Assembly (NCBI GenBank): GCA_964016885.1
Contig: OZ024740.1
Span: 240,994,001-241,058,000, forward strand
Source: Eledone cirrhosa
Taxonomy: Eukaryota
Length of the DNA: 64,000 bases
Direction of reading: 5' to 3'
The notes beneath the pieces were generated by a model. That model was not told the origin of the DNA, searched no databases, and saw nothing but the letters and a program-made list of their open reading frames with translations. A program made the translations under genes and the position numbers. Positions 31,587 to 50,110 of this stretch are shown here, one piece after another (within the stretch, counting starts at the first letter, position 1; each line of letters begins with the position of its first letter).

Positions 31587-32467
31587 CGAAATATAATACG
31601 TGAATGTAATAGATAAAATCCATGGGGCTGAAAATCGAGGACCCGAGGGCGACCGCTATTCTGTTCCTTCAACTTCAGCCGGTCGCCCTGGAGTGACGTG
31701 GCTAAAGTTTATAGTATGCTACTATCGGTCAGATAAACGAGAACAGAAAGGGATGGGAACATAAGTTAACGTCGATCTCATGACACAAGGTAAAAGAAAG
31801 AAAGAAAGGAAGGAGAGAGAAGAAGGGGGAAGAAAGAAGAAGAGAAGCCAGGTTTAATGTCAGCTAAAAGAAGAAAGGCAACTACTACCGGTCAGATATA
31901 GGCAAGCAAGAGGGGGAAGGAAGATAAGTCTGCGGGAGGAAGACAGGAAGAGGGAGAAGAGAAGGAAGAGAAGAAAGAAGTAGAAAAGTAAGGGTTGATG
32001 GCTACAAGAAGGAAGATAGAAAGAAAGAGGAAGAGAGGTCGATATTAATGTCAGACCACAGTCAGGCCAGGAGTGGCGCGAGAAAATGTTCACAGGGACC
32101 CGCATCTTAGCAGAGATGAATATATTGGGAGTCAGTGTGTTACAGTGTTTAGACTTCTAGGATGAAGTTAAAAAAATTAATAATCAATATTCAATATTAA
32201 AGAGGTTAGAGAATTTAAAGTTCAACAGTTTAACATTTTATTATATAATAGTTCCGATTTGTTCTGTAATTTAAAGGTACTATGTGGCGGTTAAAACACC
32301 GGCCGCGCCCCGGGCCCCATGGCGAATTAAGCTACGCCGAGTATTTTCATTTACCGAAAGAAGGGGAAATTTATTGAACTGCCTTACGTTGAGTACTCTC
32401 TATATTATTGCATTACGATTGACCATACGGAATAGACCAGCTCTATACAGTGGTGAACCTCAAACCC

Positions 32468-32515
<48 letters not shown>

Positions 32516-32604
32516 GATTTAATAAATGTAGCGTTAAAACAGAAGTGACAAGTGGAGATTATTAAATCACAATATTTGAAAACATTACACGGAATATCGC
32601 CAGC

Positions 32605-32830
32605 AATAGCGGTTTCTTATATAGGCACAAGGCCAGCAATTTTGGAGGATGGGAAAGTCGATTAAATCGATCCCAGTGCATAACTGGTACTTTATTTTAT
32701 CGACCCCGTAAGGATGAAAGGCAAAGTTAACCTCGAAAGGATTTGAACTCAGATCATAAAGGGCCGTAACTTTATGCTGCAAAGCATGGCGTCCGTCCCT
32801 CTACTGATACTGCCAATCGCCAGTAATAAC
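32605..32830 (-). mobile_element. SINE; related copies at ~43750-43980, 44615-44790, 44840-45000, 46525-46720, 49560-49700, 63660-63775
   Basis: Shared core 'ctgagttcaaatcc...gaggttaactttgcctttcatcct...gtcgataaa...agtaccag' with a B-box-like GAGTTCAAATCC. Confidence 0.8.
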
Positions 32831-33417
32831 ACCAATCACTGTGGTACTTTAGATAAAAGTTCTAGACGAATTAATATTTAACAAAAGTTATTATAGTTCA
32901 ATATTGGCAAATGAAAAAAAAGATTCACAGTTTATAACTATATATTTTTTTTATTTAACTTATCTAATGGATTATATAATATCATTTTTCTTTCACTGTT
33001 ATTGGAATCATCTATATATCTTTTCATTTTCTTATGGTTAATAAAGGCTATATTACCAGCAAAACTGGATGTTCGATTGTATTTTTCCCTTCGAGATTAA
33101 TGTTATTTAAATTAGTAAGATTATTTATTTTTTTTAAGTTACTTTTTAGTCCATTGTACATAAACTTATAAATTTTATATTTTTTGAAAATAAATTATTG
33201 GAACGTTGGGTAGATAGAAATTCTTAGAAAATGTAGAAATCTGGAATACAGAAAATAATTGTAACCATAGATGAATGCCACTGATAATAGCTTTGAAAAT
33301 CGGGTCGGATGATCGGCGACTAAATTGGTTCCACCACCAGACCCTGGTCTGGTGAGGAGGGTAAGTGGAAACCCAGCAGCACTAAAACAAGATGAACTCT
33401 ATAGATGAACTCTATAG

Positions 33418-33607
33418 CAGGCATGTCAAACATGCGGCCCTTTAGTAGCACACCTGCGGCCCGCACAAAATATTTATCATGTTTTATCTTCGTAACATAA
33501 AATAAATAAAAATTAGTTGTAATGTGCGCAGTTAGTTGTGTGTGACCTTCAGAAAACACATATGTGACCCATGTGACCCTCGGGGGACCCTCAGTTTAAC
33601 ATGCCTG
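33418..33607. mobile_element. hAT (Charlie-like) MITE
   Basis: TIRs CAGGCATGTCAAAC / GTTTAACATGCCTG; subterminal GCGGCCC motifs; degenerate 8-bp flanks ctctatag/ctcaacaa. Confidence 0.75.
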
Positions 33608-33981
33608 CTCAACAAGGTGAATGGTCATCCACCCCAATGATGAGTTAAATAGCCTCACCAACCTGCAATTGGCCAAGCGTGGTGAGTACGGCTCCACCCA
33701 CTAGAGAGGTTAAAGACATGTAATCCACGTAACTGTCCTATTATCTTGCTTTGTCACTGGACAAATAGCTGCGGGGATGGAGTGGGTGTTATGTGTGCAG
33801 CACAGGCACGTAGCATTGTCATCACAGATGTACAGATATTTCTTCACAAGTGGAGTAGTAGCAACATGTTCAGACTCCTCTGGCAAGAAGCACAGTCACA
33901 AATCTACACGGTTCGAGTCTTATACTAACATTTTAAAGTGAAACAGGAAGATTCGTTTACATACGAAAAAAATGTATTGTG

Positions 33982-34078
33982 TATCTGTTACGCGCGTTTC
34001 GCAGAGGATTGACTCAAGATAACCCATAGGAGTTATGAACCCGACTCCAGTGTCGATCTGCTCTTCAGACTGGTGATG
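33982..34078 (-). ncRNA. Hammerhead ribozyme with enlarged, branched stem II
   Basis: CTGAAGA-gcaga[...]tctgc-GAAA-cgcgcg-TA; palindromic stem III ACGCGCGT. Confidence 0.75.
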
Positions 34079-34117
34079 TGACAAAAGATATATTTTTGTT
34101 GTGGTATGTGAGATGAG

Positions 34118-34160
<43 letters not shown>

Positions 34161-34264
34161 ATCGGCACTATTTGTGTGTGTGTGTAGGTGTATATGTGTA
34201 TTGTGGTGTAATTGGAGGGGCACTATCTGTGATTAAAGCCTTGGTCAGTGATGGACGAAGGTGA

Positions 34265-34324
<60 letters not shown>

Positions 34325-34329
<5 letters not shown>

Positions 34330-34896
34330 GGAAAAAATGAAACGAAATTTCATTTCTCACTCTTAGTACGGCTGTTACTTAAATATAAGTATGTACACGT
34401 ACATACATATATGTATACAGACGTACAGTAGTATGTATATATATATATACATACATGCACACATATATATATGTACGTATGGATTCACCGAACATTTATT
34501 ATAATGCTCGGTCTGTTTCATTTTTTCCGTTCATCGTTTTCGGTGCACCCGGCCGATTAACCCACTCGATATGCAAATTTGGCTACTCAGCCGTTAATAT
34601 GCATAAGGTAAGTATATACGTTCAACAATGTGGCAGGAAGGTATATGTTGCTGACGATGGCTAATAAGCTTGAAACTAGTACAGCGTTCCTTTGTCAGTG
34701 TTGAACAAACGAGCAACGATGGTTGCTGGACACTACGGCTTAATACGGGATGTTTGTTTACAAACACACCGAGCAATATAATAAATGTTCGGTGAATCCA
34801 TACGTACATATATATATATATATGTATGCATGTATATATATATATATATACATACTGCTGTACGTCTGTATACATATATGTATGTACGTGTACATA
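34325..34896 (+). mobile_element. Retrozyme-like HHR element, family D, copy 1
   Basis: Inverted arm 34325-34512 plus direct segment 34515-34896 containing the HHR; non-coding; in (TA)n. Confidence 0.82.
34646..34686 (+). ncRNA. Minimal type I hammerhead ribozyme (family D)
   Basis: tgttg-CTGACGA-tggct aata agctt-GAAA-ctag-TA-cagcg; palindromic stem III ACTAGT, GUA site. Confidence 0.87.
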
Positions 34897-35067
34897 TATA
34901 TATATATATAGATATATATGTTATAGAATACTATTAGCTTCTTGCTAAAACAATTTCTATACCTTTCATTTTATATATATATATATATATATATACATAT
35001 ATAAAACAAGTAACATTCAGAGACCAACCAGATGTGAGAAAAACCACAGACCCTCCATCTCAACTCA

Positions 35068-35105
35068 CCTTTTGAAAAGCAGAAGGACCGCGAAATCGGT
35101 AAAGG
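35068..35105 (+). ncRNA. Minimal hammerhead, U3-A8 core
   Basis: cctt-TTGAAAA-gcag aagga ccgc-GAAA-tcgg-TA-aagg. Confidence 0.62.
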
Positions 35106-35247
35106 AACCAAATAAATATATATATTTAAAAAAAAAATAAGACCCCAGTTGCATTTTCGATTTCATCTCTTTTTCTTTATACTTTCACTCGTGTAGGACA
35201 CCTCGGTTATTTTTCATTCTGTAACCCCCCCCCAACCCCCCCCTCAC

Positions 35248-35333
<86 letters not shown>

Positions 35334-35466
35334 GTATATATATATATGCTTAAACTTTAATCTGTTATTTTAATAAATATTTGCTCTACGGTTCTTATAT
35401 ATTTGATATATATTTTCCTTATCGAGCCCCCTTTGGATTTTAGTCTTCAATTTTATTATTATTACT

Positions 35467-40385
<4,919 letters not shown>

Positions 40386-40579
40386 TAACGAAGGAAATGT
40401 GGTAAGGAACCAGGTAGACCATAACGCACCAAAGTACTCAATACTTAGGGTAGTAGAGTGGGTAATAGGAACAAGTAAGACCCCGACGGCTGAGCTCAAG
40501 CCGTTTCGACCGCTAATTCAGTACAGAATTAGCCGTCGAAACGGCTTGAGCTCAGCCGTCGGGGTCTTACTTGTTCCTA
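40386..40579 (-). mobile_element. Palindromic mini-element family I, copy 2
   Basis: Same palindrome and tail in the opposite orientation. Confidence 0.85.
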
Positions 40580-40586
40580 TGTATGT

Positions 40587-40698
<112 letters not shown>

Positions 40699-40699
40699 C

Positions 40700-40825
40700 A
40701 TGTGAAGGCGTGCGGCTGGTTGGTTAGAGAACTCGATTCGCAATCGTGAGGTTGCCGGTTCGATTCCTGGACCGGGCGATGCGTTATGTTCTTGAGCAAG
40801 ACACTTTATTTCACGCTGCTCCTTC
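40700..40825 (+). mobile_element. tRNA-derived SINE head; related copy ~50340-50520(-)
   Basis: A-box-like GGCTGGTTGGTTAG and B box GGTTCGATTCC, then a core-like gttcttgagcaagacactt; no tRNA acceptor stem. Confidence 0.75.
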
Positions 40826-40974
40826 TACCTGGAGTTGCGACCGATAGATAGAATTAGCAATTGGAAAGACCAATAAAAACATTGTTTCCTCGGTTCCATT
40901 TGACGAAAGTCGATCGAAAAGGAATATATAGCATATCTAGAACTTATGTATGTATGTATGTATCAATTTATCAT

Positions 40975-41011
<37 letters not shown>

Positions 41012-42099
41012 ATTTCATTATTATTATTATTATTGATTTATTATTATACATCAGTTCTAGATATGCTATATATATATAGGTCACCTTCGTCCATGACTGT
41101 ACCTTTGAAATATATATAATAAAGCATATATTTTGATTAAGTGAATATCCTTCATTTGTTAATATTTTGAATAATATTAAAAACTTCCATGCGACAAAGG
41201 CTTTTCACATGGAAAATAGATTTGTGCTCTATATCGTTTGTACACACACACACACACACGCACATACACACGCTCTCATGCACACACACACACACACACA
41301 CACACACTCGCACACATGTACTTTAGGCTTCCTCAGTGTCCGTACATCAAATTTCATCAACAAGAAGGTATAGTAGAAGACACAACTGATGCCAAGCGAA
41401 ATCCCCACCCACCAAAAAGTTCATATAAATAAATATCATTCTGTTTTTACGAATACTTTAAAATAAAACATTTTGTATAAGAATCAGAGACAGCCTGAGG
41501 TAGGTTGGATTCGAAAGCGTGACACATTTATACAAATACGCATACAATTCCTAATTGTTCCAACTCACACGCACACACTTTTTACATTTTCTCGCTTAGA
41601 GTAAGCAAAAGAGAAGTAACCAAACAAAAAAAACAACAACAACAAAAAAATCGAAATACTTCGAGAAAACTACCAACTGCTATTTCTAGAATATGATATA
41701 AACACATTTTAAGATTAATTCTTCGTTGATGCAATAATAAGTATATATTGAAACAAATAATTACTTTAAGTACATACTGAAAATTATATCTTTTCTGAGC
41801 TGCACGATGTTTTCTGGTGGAACCAATAAATGAGTAAATTACGAAAGACGTTATATTAGACCCAAGTGGTAATAATAGAAAAGTGGTTTTTCCCAATCAC
41901 ACAAAAAATAAATAAACAATTAAAAACTAGGTGTTTCCAGGGAGGTAACTTTCACGACTTATTTTCTATAACGATTTCGAGATTAGTGGTGGTGAGATTA
42001 CAATCATTTTTTTTCTTAGTCAATTAAATTGCATTAAACTTTATTACTTGATAATACCCTTTTATTGTTATAACTACAGGTCCCCGTGTATTTAAGTTT

Positions 42100-42310
42100 G
42101 CGAGATGGAATGGCTCTTCCAGCACATCTCCCTTACCATCCTCCGGGGAAACGCTTTCGCCATTCTGTCTGACGGGGCTGTGGGGTGGCCAGCACGTGGG
42201 ACCCCAGTTGCTCACCATACAGAGAGATGGGGAGGGCGAGAGAGATGGAGGCGATGACAGTGGGAGTTCGGCTCTTCCATGTCCCGACCATATCCTTGTG
42301 GTTGTGTTTA
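42100..42310 (+). mobile_element. CRE-like (RLE) non-LTR retrotransposon 3' fragment
   Basis: EMEWLFQHISLTILRGNAFAIL plus a 3' UTR matching 51520-51730(-). Confidence 0.75.
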
Positions 42311-43099
42311 TTATCTATATAGAAAATTATTTATTTCCCTTTTTATATTTGAAATTTGACCTTAGTGTTATTTGAACTTAGCACGCAGAAATTCAGAACA
42401 AATATGCTTTAACGACTGCCTTTTTCACTACATCAAATAATAACTTGGCAATTTATTAAAATTACATTTAAGTTTGTATATACTTATGGTACACAATGCC
42501 TGAAGATTATTCAAGTAGTTATATTTAATAATTCTATTCAATATTTATTAATTAAATATCATATATGACAAGTCAACAGGACAATATTTTGTAGGAGAGA
42601 GGGACTAGTTGATTGAATTGATTATAGTGATACTGGTTTTTATCTCATATTTTCTGACAATTATGATTCTCGATTTCCAGACCGGCCAACCTCTAAAAAC
42701 CCAAATGTGGAATACCATGAAAAAAAGTGCCCTCAAACAGGAAGAAATTAGGCAGAATGGGGAGATTTTACATAACGAAAGCTATACCCATTTTCACAAG
42801 AGAAGACATCTCTCACCCACCCCAAAGTGGATGGGAGATCTCGTCAGACAGGAAGAATTGACAGGTCAGGATTTCATCCCCGAATGTATTAAAAAAGTAG
42901 ACTTCTAATTTCTTCGATGGAAAACACTGTCCCAGTCATTAGGCATCTCTTCATCATCTGCTACACAAAATTATTGTGTTTTGTGAATTACATGGAACTG
43001 GTTTAAATGACACATTTCTTTATACTTTGATGGTTTTTTTTTTTCAATGTTATAAATCTATTATTGTGGTATTTTATTTTAACTTGACACTCTTCTAAC

Positions 43100-43164
<65 letters not shown>

Positions 43165-45104
43165 TGCGCTATAGTTACCAGCCGAATAATTTTTAAATCA
43201 CTCCCTACCATTTATGGTACAATATGTGTTGTAGTTGACACTAAGTAATAGAAACAATGATATAATAAGGAGAATAAAGGGAAGTAAAAGAAAGAGCTAA
43301 ATCTGGGTTATTTTTACACAAACTATTCTGCTGAACAATTTTTCATTTCAGTTTGCACGTTACTATATATTAACGCGCCTGTCATCATTATGTCCCTTTA
43401 CTTAGAAGGAAAGATAAAATAAAACCAAGTATATCATAAGTTGGATGTATGTACGCTGTTTTAATACTGACACAGTTTCACTTATTTTTCTTTTCTTGTA
43501 TCTGATTGAGATATAAATCAGGCAGATAACTTCAACTCGGCGTGTTGCGGGAATGGTAAAGCCACGAATTAAAAACCCTGTAGTATTTAGTTACATTTAG
43601 TTCAAATCTAATTTTGTCCATTAGTAATTTCTTAGTTGATGAAATAAAAAATCAGTCAAATGAATTCGATCTAATATATCTACCTACACCCACAGACATT
43701 TAGGCTCATATTCCCATGCTAGAAATGATTAAGAAAAAAAAAAAAAGGCAGAAATGGTGTAGCGTCTCTAATATTCTGAGTTTACATCCCACCAGGGATA
43801 GCTTGGCATTTCATCCATCCAAGGTAGATAAATTAAGCAGCAATTGGAGTCAATGTAAGAAACCCTTTTTATAGAGTGTCCGACAGTATTTAGCGGCATT
43901 CCTTTACGCTCTGAGTTCGAATCCTGTTGGGCTTGACTTTGCTGTTTGTACCTCTGTCCGAGGCAAAATGGATATCGGTTGTTATTGTTTAGTCACAGAT
44001 CATTCATGATATACCAGATCTATTATCAAAGACAATCCGGTCGTGATCATCCCGTCTTTTTAAGAAATATCTAGGACTTCATTATTCAATGTATCGTTTC
44101 CTTTTTAAGACAGTAGAGTGCGAGTTGAAGGAGATTTTGCTACTGTTTTAGCAGATCGACCGACACCATAGTGGTTCCAGCCAATTACTGGGTCAATCTG
44201 ACTGAAATTTGGAGTCGTGTGTTTAAGTGAGAAAAATCTCGCTAAAGCAGCTCTAACAATTTCGCCACTGCCCTGGATGGGTATCTGTAATAGGATGGCA
44301 TAACGGACATTCGATTTATATAGTGGTAAGGGTGTTGTGTTCTTGAGCAAAACACTTCATTTCGGTTTTAAAATGCCCCACGGTTTAAAAATGGCTCACT
44401 GTAAAATACCCAATGCACGCTGTGAATCAGGATGGCGCCCCTACAACTTCAATAGGGATTAAGTGCTCTTTATCTTTACCTTACCCAATCATATAAAATA
44501 TAAAAAGGAGTTTCGGTGTTCAAATCCAGTCATGGTTGACATTTCTCTTCGAATATAAGCAGGGAGGGGACTATGGAATTGATACTATTGATATATATAT
44601 ATATATATATACATTAGTGGGCATTGCGGTATTTAATTACGGTTTAGAGTTCAAATCCCGCCATGGTAATCTTTGCTTTTCATCCCTCCAGGCTCGATAA
44701 ATAATTTACTAGTCAAGTACTGGGCTCTATGTAACCAATTTATCCCCACCCTAAATTATTGACCTAGTGCCTAAATTAGAATCCATTAATATAAATGCAT
44801 TGATTCAACCGAACATGCATCCATATATTTTGACCATTAGGCGACGAATTGGAAGAGTCGTGAAAACGTCGGACAGAATGCTTTGTGGTATTCGTTTCGA
44901 TTCTCTGATCTCTGAGTTCAAATCCTGCCGAGGTTAACTTTACCTTTCATCCTTTCGAGGTCGATAAATAAAGTACCAGTCTAGTCTTGCAGTCGAATTC
45001 TTCCTCTATATCTCTTTCTCACTTCCATTCACTCACTCTATCTTTCTCTGGAAGAAATTTGTTGTTTTCAGGCCTAGAGAGGGATGGACTCCGCCAGGTT
45101 TAAA

Positions 45105-45373
45105 AATGTCCAAGAAACGCCGTATGTCAATATGGCGCCCCTACAACTCCGTCAGGAGTTAAGGGACTATGTATGCATCCAGGACCACCAAATTGATTTT
45201 GTGTTCAAGAACAACACCATTATTTAAATATCTAGGCCTTTCCAAGATATTTAAATAATGGTGTTGTTCTTGGACACAAAATCAATTTGGTGGTCTTGGA
45301 TGCATGCATGGTCCCTTAACTCCTGACGGAGTTGTAGGGGCGCCATATTGACATACGGCGTTTCTTGGACATT
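45105..45373. repeat. 269-bp near-perfect palindrome
   Basis: ~129-bp arms, 4 mismatches, ~11-nt loop; the outer part is a SINE-like tail also seen at ~44430 and ~49300. Confidence 0.92.
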
Positions 45374-47640
45374 AATAGTATATTAATAGTATATTACCCG
45401 TCATGAAACAAAACTTTTTTCTTTACTTCACATTATAGCATAACAGCATAAACTACGTATACTAATAGAGTCGACTCATCGAGGTATCCTGTACAAAATC
45501 ACTGGACTTGTTAGAAATAGTAGCCTAAGCTCCACCAAACTTAAAAAAATTGAAAAATATAATCATAGATTAAAAAGAAAAACAACCACCGAAACAAAAA
45601 GCGAAAGAAAATAATGGATTATCACCGCCGAAACACATTTTATCATATGTAAGCTCAATCTGAGCAGATATGGAGCTAAACAACAGTAACAAGAACAAGA
45701 GCAACGACATATACCACTTCAATTTTTAATTCTAATGCAGTTCTCAACGCCGCAAACCTTCACTACTCTAGTAATATTTGAGACTATCTTTTTAATAATA
45801 GATTACCATAAACTCTGATATCACTAACAGTGATATCACTAATTCTGATATCACTAACAGCTTAAAGAGATCTGATAGTCATTATCGCTGAACATGTATC
45901 GATGATTCCAAGCCGGAAGGAAGAGTTTCCCGTTATTCTCCCCTTCTTTTACAACTGGAACCTGTAAATGTTCTTTCAATCATCACACCCACAATATCCA
46001 TCAGAAACCCGATCCATCAGATAACTTCTATCAAACAACAGCAATAACGATGAAAACAAAAAGCATGGAAAACAACAATGTACAAAAGAAATGAAATGAG
46101 AGAGAGTCAATTTGGGCTTATGAAGGAACCTTACAGTCTCAGGATTACATTGACTGTTAAGGGCAAATGGTTTCAACAAACGGTATTCTCCAGAATATAG
46201 GCGCCTGTTGGGAATTTGTCCTCAGTTTCCTCAGGCAATAAGGGCTAGGCTGAACAGGAGTGATTTTACTATCAGTCTCTTCGACCTACAATCGGTTTCG
46301 CCACATTCACCAGACAGAGGAAACTTGCTTGCTTTTCTCACACAAAAATGATGGGTTCCATCTCATATACAGCTGTTTCGCATAACTTCACAATTTTGGG
46401 CTATGCATCTCTGCAAAGTGCAAAAGACAAAATACACAACACAAGGCATTTATATATACACTATACCAACAAGTATGTTTATACATACCTCACAATAAGC
46501 ATGTATACAGTATATATAATTATTTCTATATTTGGTACATGGCTAGCAATTTTAAAGGGAAGGGAAAGTCGATTAAATCGACCCCAGTGCGTTATTCATT
46601 TTATCGGCCTCGTAAGGATAAACAGCAAAGCTAACCCAAGCGGGATTTGAACTCAGAACGTAACTCTATGCTGCAAAGCATGGTGTCTGACTCTCTACCG
46701 ATATGGCCAATCCATCGCCCTGAAATACTGTATATATAATGAAAACTTTAAAAAATATATATTTAAAAAAGATAAAGGCCCCAAAATGACTTGATAGCCA
46801 CACACACTGGTTTAAGATTCCCCCAAATTTTCGGAACACCTCCTACATGTAAAAACCACTGTTTACTGAACAACAAGTTCAGGGCAACTAAAAATGTCCA
46901 ATAAGATCGAAACCTATCTATTGCTTTTATCACTCCTGCAAACATGAATTAGGTTTCCCCTTAAGCGTGAGAATTAATTAAAAAAAAATTAATTCTTAAT
47001 TTCTTGAAATTATTTCCCCTTTTCCTTGTGATTCATCTCGGTTTTAGATTTCTTTCTTTAATTAAGTACGCCCATACTTATTTTCAAAATGTTTAGATGG
47101 ATAACCATATCATTATTTCCTTTAGATACTTCCGCAAGATAAATGTCTATTAGTGTGACTATCTTTCACATAATCTTCTAATCATTCAACAAAGAAATGT
47201 CCAACCAATAACAAACATTTCTTTGGAATTATGCAGTAAATGTAAAAGTACATTTTTAGCGAACTGATCTATGACAGACATTCAACATTCTCTGTATAAT
47301 GAATATTTTTATCAGATTCTTAACATTTGTAGAAACCATTCGGAAAAGTAATATTTTTCCATGAAAAACAAAGTAAAATTTAAAGAAGTGCCTAGATAAA
47401 TTAAACAAAGTGAAATAAAATAGAAAAACGTGAAAGACTTTTCAACCCCTAGTTATTTATATTTTCTTTAAGAAATAAAGATGAAATAATAAATAAGAGA
47501 ACTATAATATACCAGACCACCCGTGACCCGTTTCGGTCATGTTCACTTAAAAATAATTTTTAAATAATTAAAATATACACAGACATGTATATAATGTGAA
47601 ATGAAATTGGAAGGCCCATTTATGTATATATATATATATA

Positions 47641-48008
47641 TAGCGGCGATGAATTAGTTTTGCGAGGTTTTTTATATGAAATCGTGTGTCGAAACAGATA
47701 TTGTTATATTTGGGGAGGGTCATATTTGCGTAATATTGCCAGAATTAATAACAGAACACACTCACTGTTTGGTTGGTTTTCGCTTCTCGCTGTCTTTTAT
47801 ATATATATATCTGCGATCTAACTTACTCGGTCCTCAATGTTGCCATTGACTGACCGGCGGTCAGTCAATGGCAACATTGAGGACCGAGTAAGTTAGATCG
47901 CAGATATATATATATAAAAGACAGCGAGAAGCGAAAACCAACCAAACAGTGAGTGTGTTCTGTTATTAATTCTGGCAATATTACGCAAATATGACCCTCC
48001 CCAAATAT

Positions 48009-48014
<6 letters not shown>
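47641..48014. mobile_element. Palindromic mini-element family F (also 17363-17530 and 56423-56563)
   Basis: Palindrome ~47699-48014 centred on tgaccggcggtca, with a ~58-nt one-sided tail; flanked by (TA)n. Confidence 0.85.
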
Positions 48015-48049
<35 letters not shown>

Positions 48050-48050
<1 letters not shown>

Positions 48051-48682
48051 GAGGTGTATCAGCAAAGTTCCCGGACTGATGTCACAAAAGATTTATTTCA
48101 AACCCAAACTTCACACTAAGAGTTTTCTACTTCAAAGTAATCCCCCTGGAGTATGTAACTGTAATCTTAGCTCTCTGCAACGATCAAACTTTTTTCTTCA
48201 TAATTTTATATACATGTCCTCTCTTTCAGGTCGTCAAGCAATGAGCACAGAGCAACGAACAAACTTGAAAACTCCGTCAGAAGCACTGGGATTGCTGCAG
48301 CAAGTGTATGGAGATGAGACGATGTCACGACCCAGAAGCGTCGACGCATGCAAGTGTGCCAGGACTTCCTCGAGCATCTTGAAACCGAACCAGACTTCCT
48401 AGAGAAGTCATCACCGGTGATGAGTCATGGATCTTCGAGTACGACCCAGAGGGGACCCGTTTTGAAGACGTGGACGACATCAAAAATGTTGACGACGGAA
48501 CTGCGGAGAATCCCGGAAGAATCCTTCCAGGAGTACATGCAAGCGTGACAGAAAAGGATGGAAAAGTGCATTAGACTCCAGGGGGATTACTTTGAAGGAG
48601 AAAACTCTTAGTGTGAAGTTTGGGTTTGAAATAAATTTTTTGTGTTGTGACATCAGTCCTGGAACTTTTCTGACCCACCTCG
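48050..48682 (+). mobile_element. Mariner internal-deletion derivative
   Basis: TA-flanked TIRs CGAGGTG...CACCTCG extending ~100 bp. Transposase pieces EQRTNLK, VYGDETMSR, VITGDESWIFEYDPE, GTRFEDV, KCIRLQGDYFEG. Confidence 0.92.
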
Positions 48683-48713
<31 letters not shown>

Positions 48714-49498
48714 GTGTCTGTGACCTACTGGTTACAGACAGACACACACATATATACACACACACTTAGAAACCCTCCCTATTTACCAGGAAATATTCGC
48801 TACACACACAAGTTATATGATATATATGACTTAATATTCAGTCATCAAATTCAAACTAGATACAGTAATGCTGTATTCGATTCTTTGAAGTCACTTGTTT
48901 AATTTCATTCAACAACACACCCAGCTCTCTCTCTCTTCCATTTTTCTTCTCTGTCTTCTTTTCTCTCTCTATGTCTCTCTTTCAATCAACTCTCTCACGA
49001 CCACTATCTCTTTCTCACTATATTTCTCTCTCTCTCTATTTATGAAGACACCCAGAACCCGTTCTCCGATTTACGCGAAACTCGTTTTATTCCATTTGTA
49101 TTCCCATTTCAGGGGCAACTTCCTTTCAAAGTATTTTCCCATTATGCGCCGTTTTGGCTGTATTAAATTACAGACAAGCACACAATCACAGAGTTTTAGT
49201 AGTATATAGAAAATAAACAGTAGATTTAATCTAATAGTTTCAACGTTGTGTACATTCTTATTTTATTAAAGATATTTTATATATCTATGGATCTATAACT
49301 CCTGATGAAGTCATAGGGGCGCTGTATTGTCATACAGCGTTTCTTGAGTATTTTTTAAACCTGGCGGTGCCTATTTCCTCTCCGGGTTTAAAAACATCCT
49401 ATTTCTTCTAGAGAGAGAGAGAGGGTGGAGAGGGAGAGAAAGGGAGAGAGAGAAAGAAAGAAAGAAAGAGAGAGCGAGAGAGAGAGAGAGAGAGAGAG

Positions 49499-49563
<65 letters not shown>

Positions 49564-49714
49564 CCCAGTATTGGACTGGTACATTTTTATCGACTTCGAA
49601 AGGATGAAAGGCAAAGTTGACCTCGGCAGAATTTGAACTCAGAGTGCAGAGAGCCGGAACGAATACCGTAAAGCATTCTATCCCACGTTCTAACGAATTA
49701 TGAAACTTTACAAA

Positions 49715-50110
49715 AGCAGAAATAAAGGACAATCCCTCATCTGGGACGCCACATATTGTGGCACGTTCTCCGCCTCCAACTTAATCACTTCGGCCGCAAA
49801 GCCCGGTACTGCAGCCCGCTATGCAGAGGAAAGGAAGATAAACAAGCATCGGGGATTGTCCGGCCACTTCCTCTTCGCACCAGTTGCCGTCTAGACCTCA
49901 GGTGTACTTGGACCCCGCACTGTCGAGCTCCTCCGCGAGATCGGAACATCGGTGGCCCGTCTGAGGAAGGAGCCCAGTGCGGTTGAGTGGCTGTTTTAGT
50001 AGGTGTCGCTGGCCATCGTCAGTGGGAATGCTTTCGTGGTCTTGTCCGCGGGGCGCAACCCCATTACCGCTACGTGCAAGGTCCAGAGCCCAATCACCCC
50101 CTCCCCTCAT
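49715..50110 (+). mobile_element. CRE-like RLE endonuclease C-terminal fragment
   Basis: LIWDAT...AEERKINKH...FAPVAV*TSGVLG...LLREIG...EWLF..VSLAIVSGNA. Confidence 0.8.

Noticed and set aside
40700-40775. tRNA gene
   Set aside because: A and B boxes are present but there is no acceptor stem, and it continues into SINE core sequence.
42609-42908. 99-aa ORF as a host exon
   Set aside because: No recognisable domain, non-ATG start and no neighbouring exon support.
49296-49350. CTGATGA at ~49302 and CTGACGG at ~45323 as hammerheads
   Set aside because: No GAAA, stem III or cleavage triplet follows; this is the antisense of a SINE-like tail.
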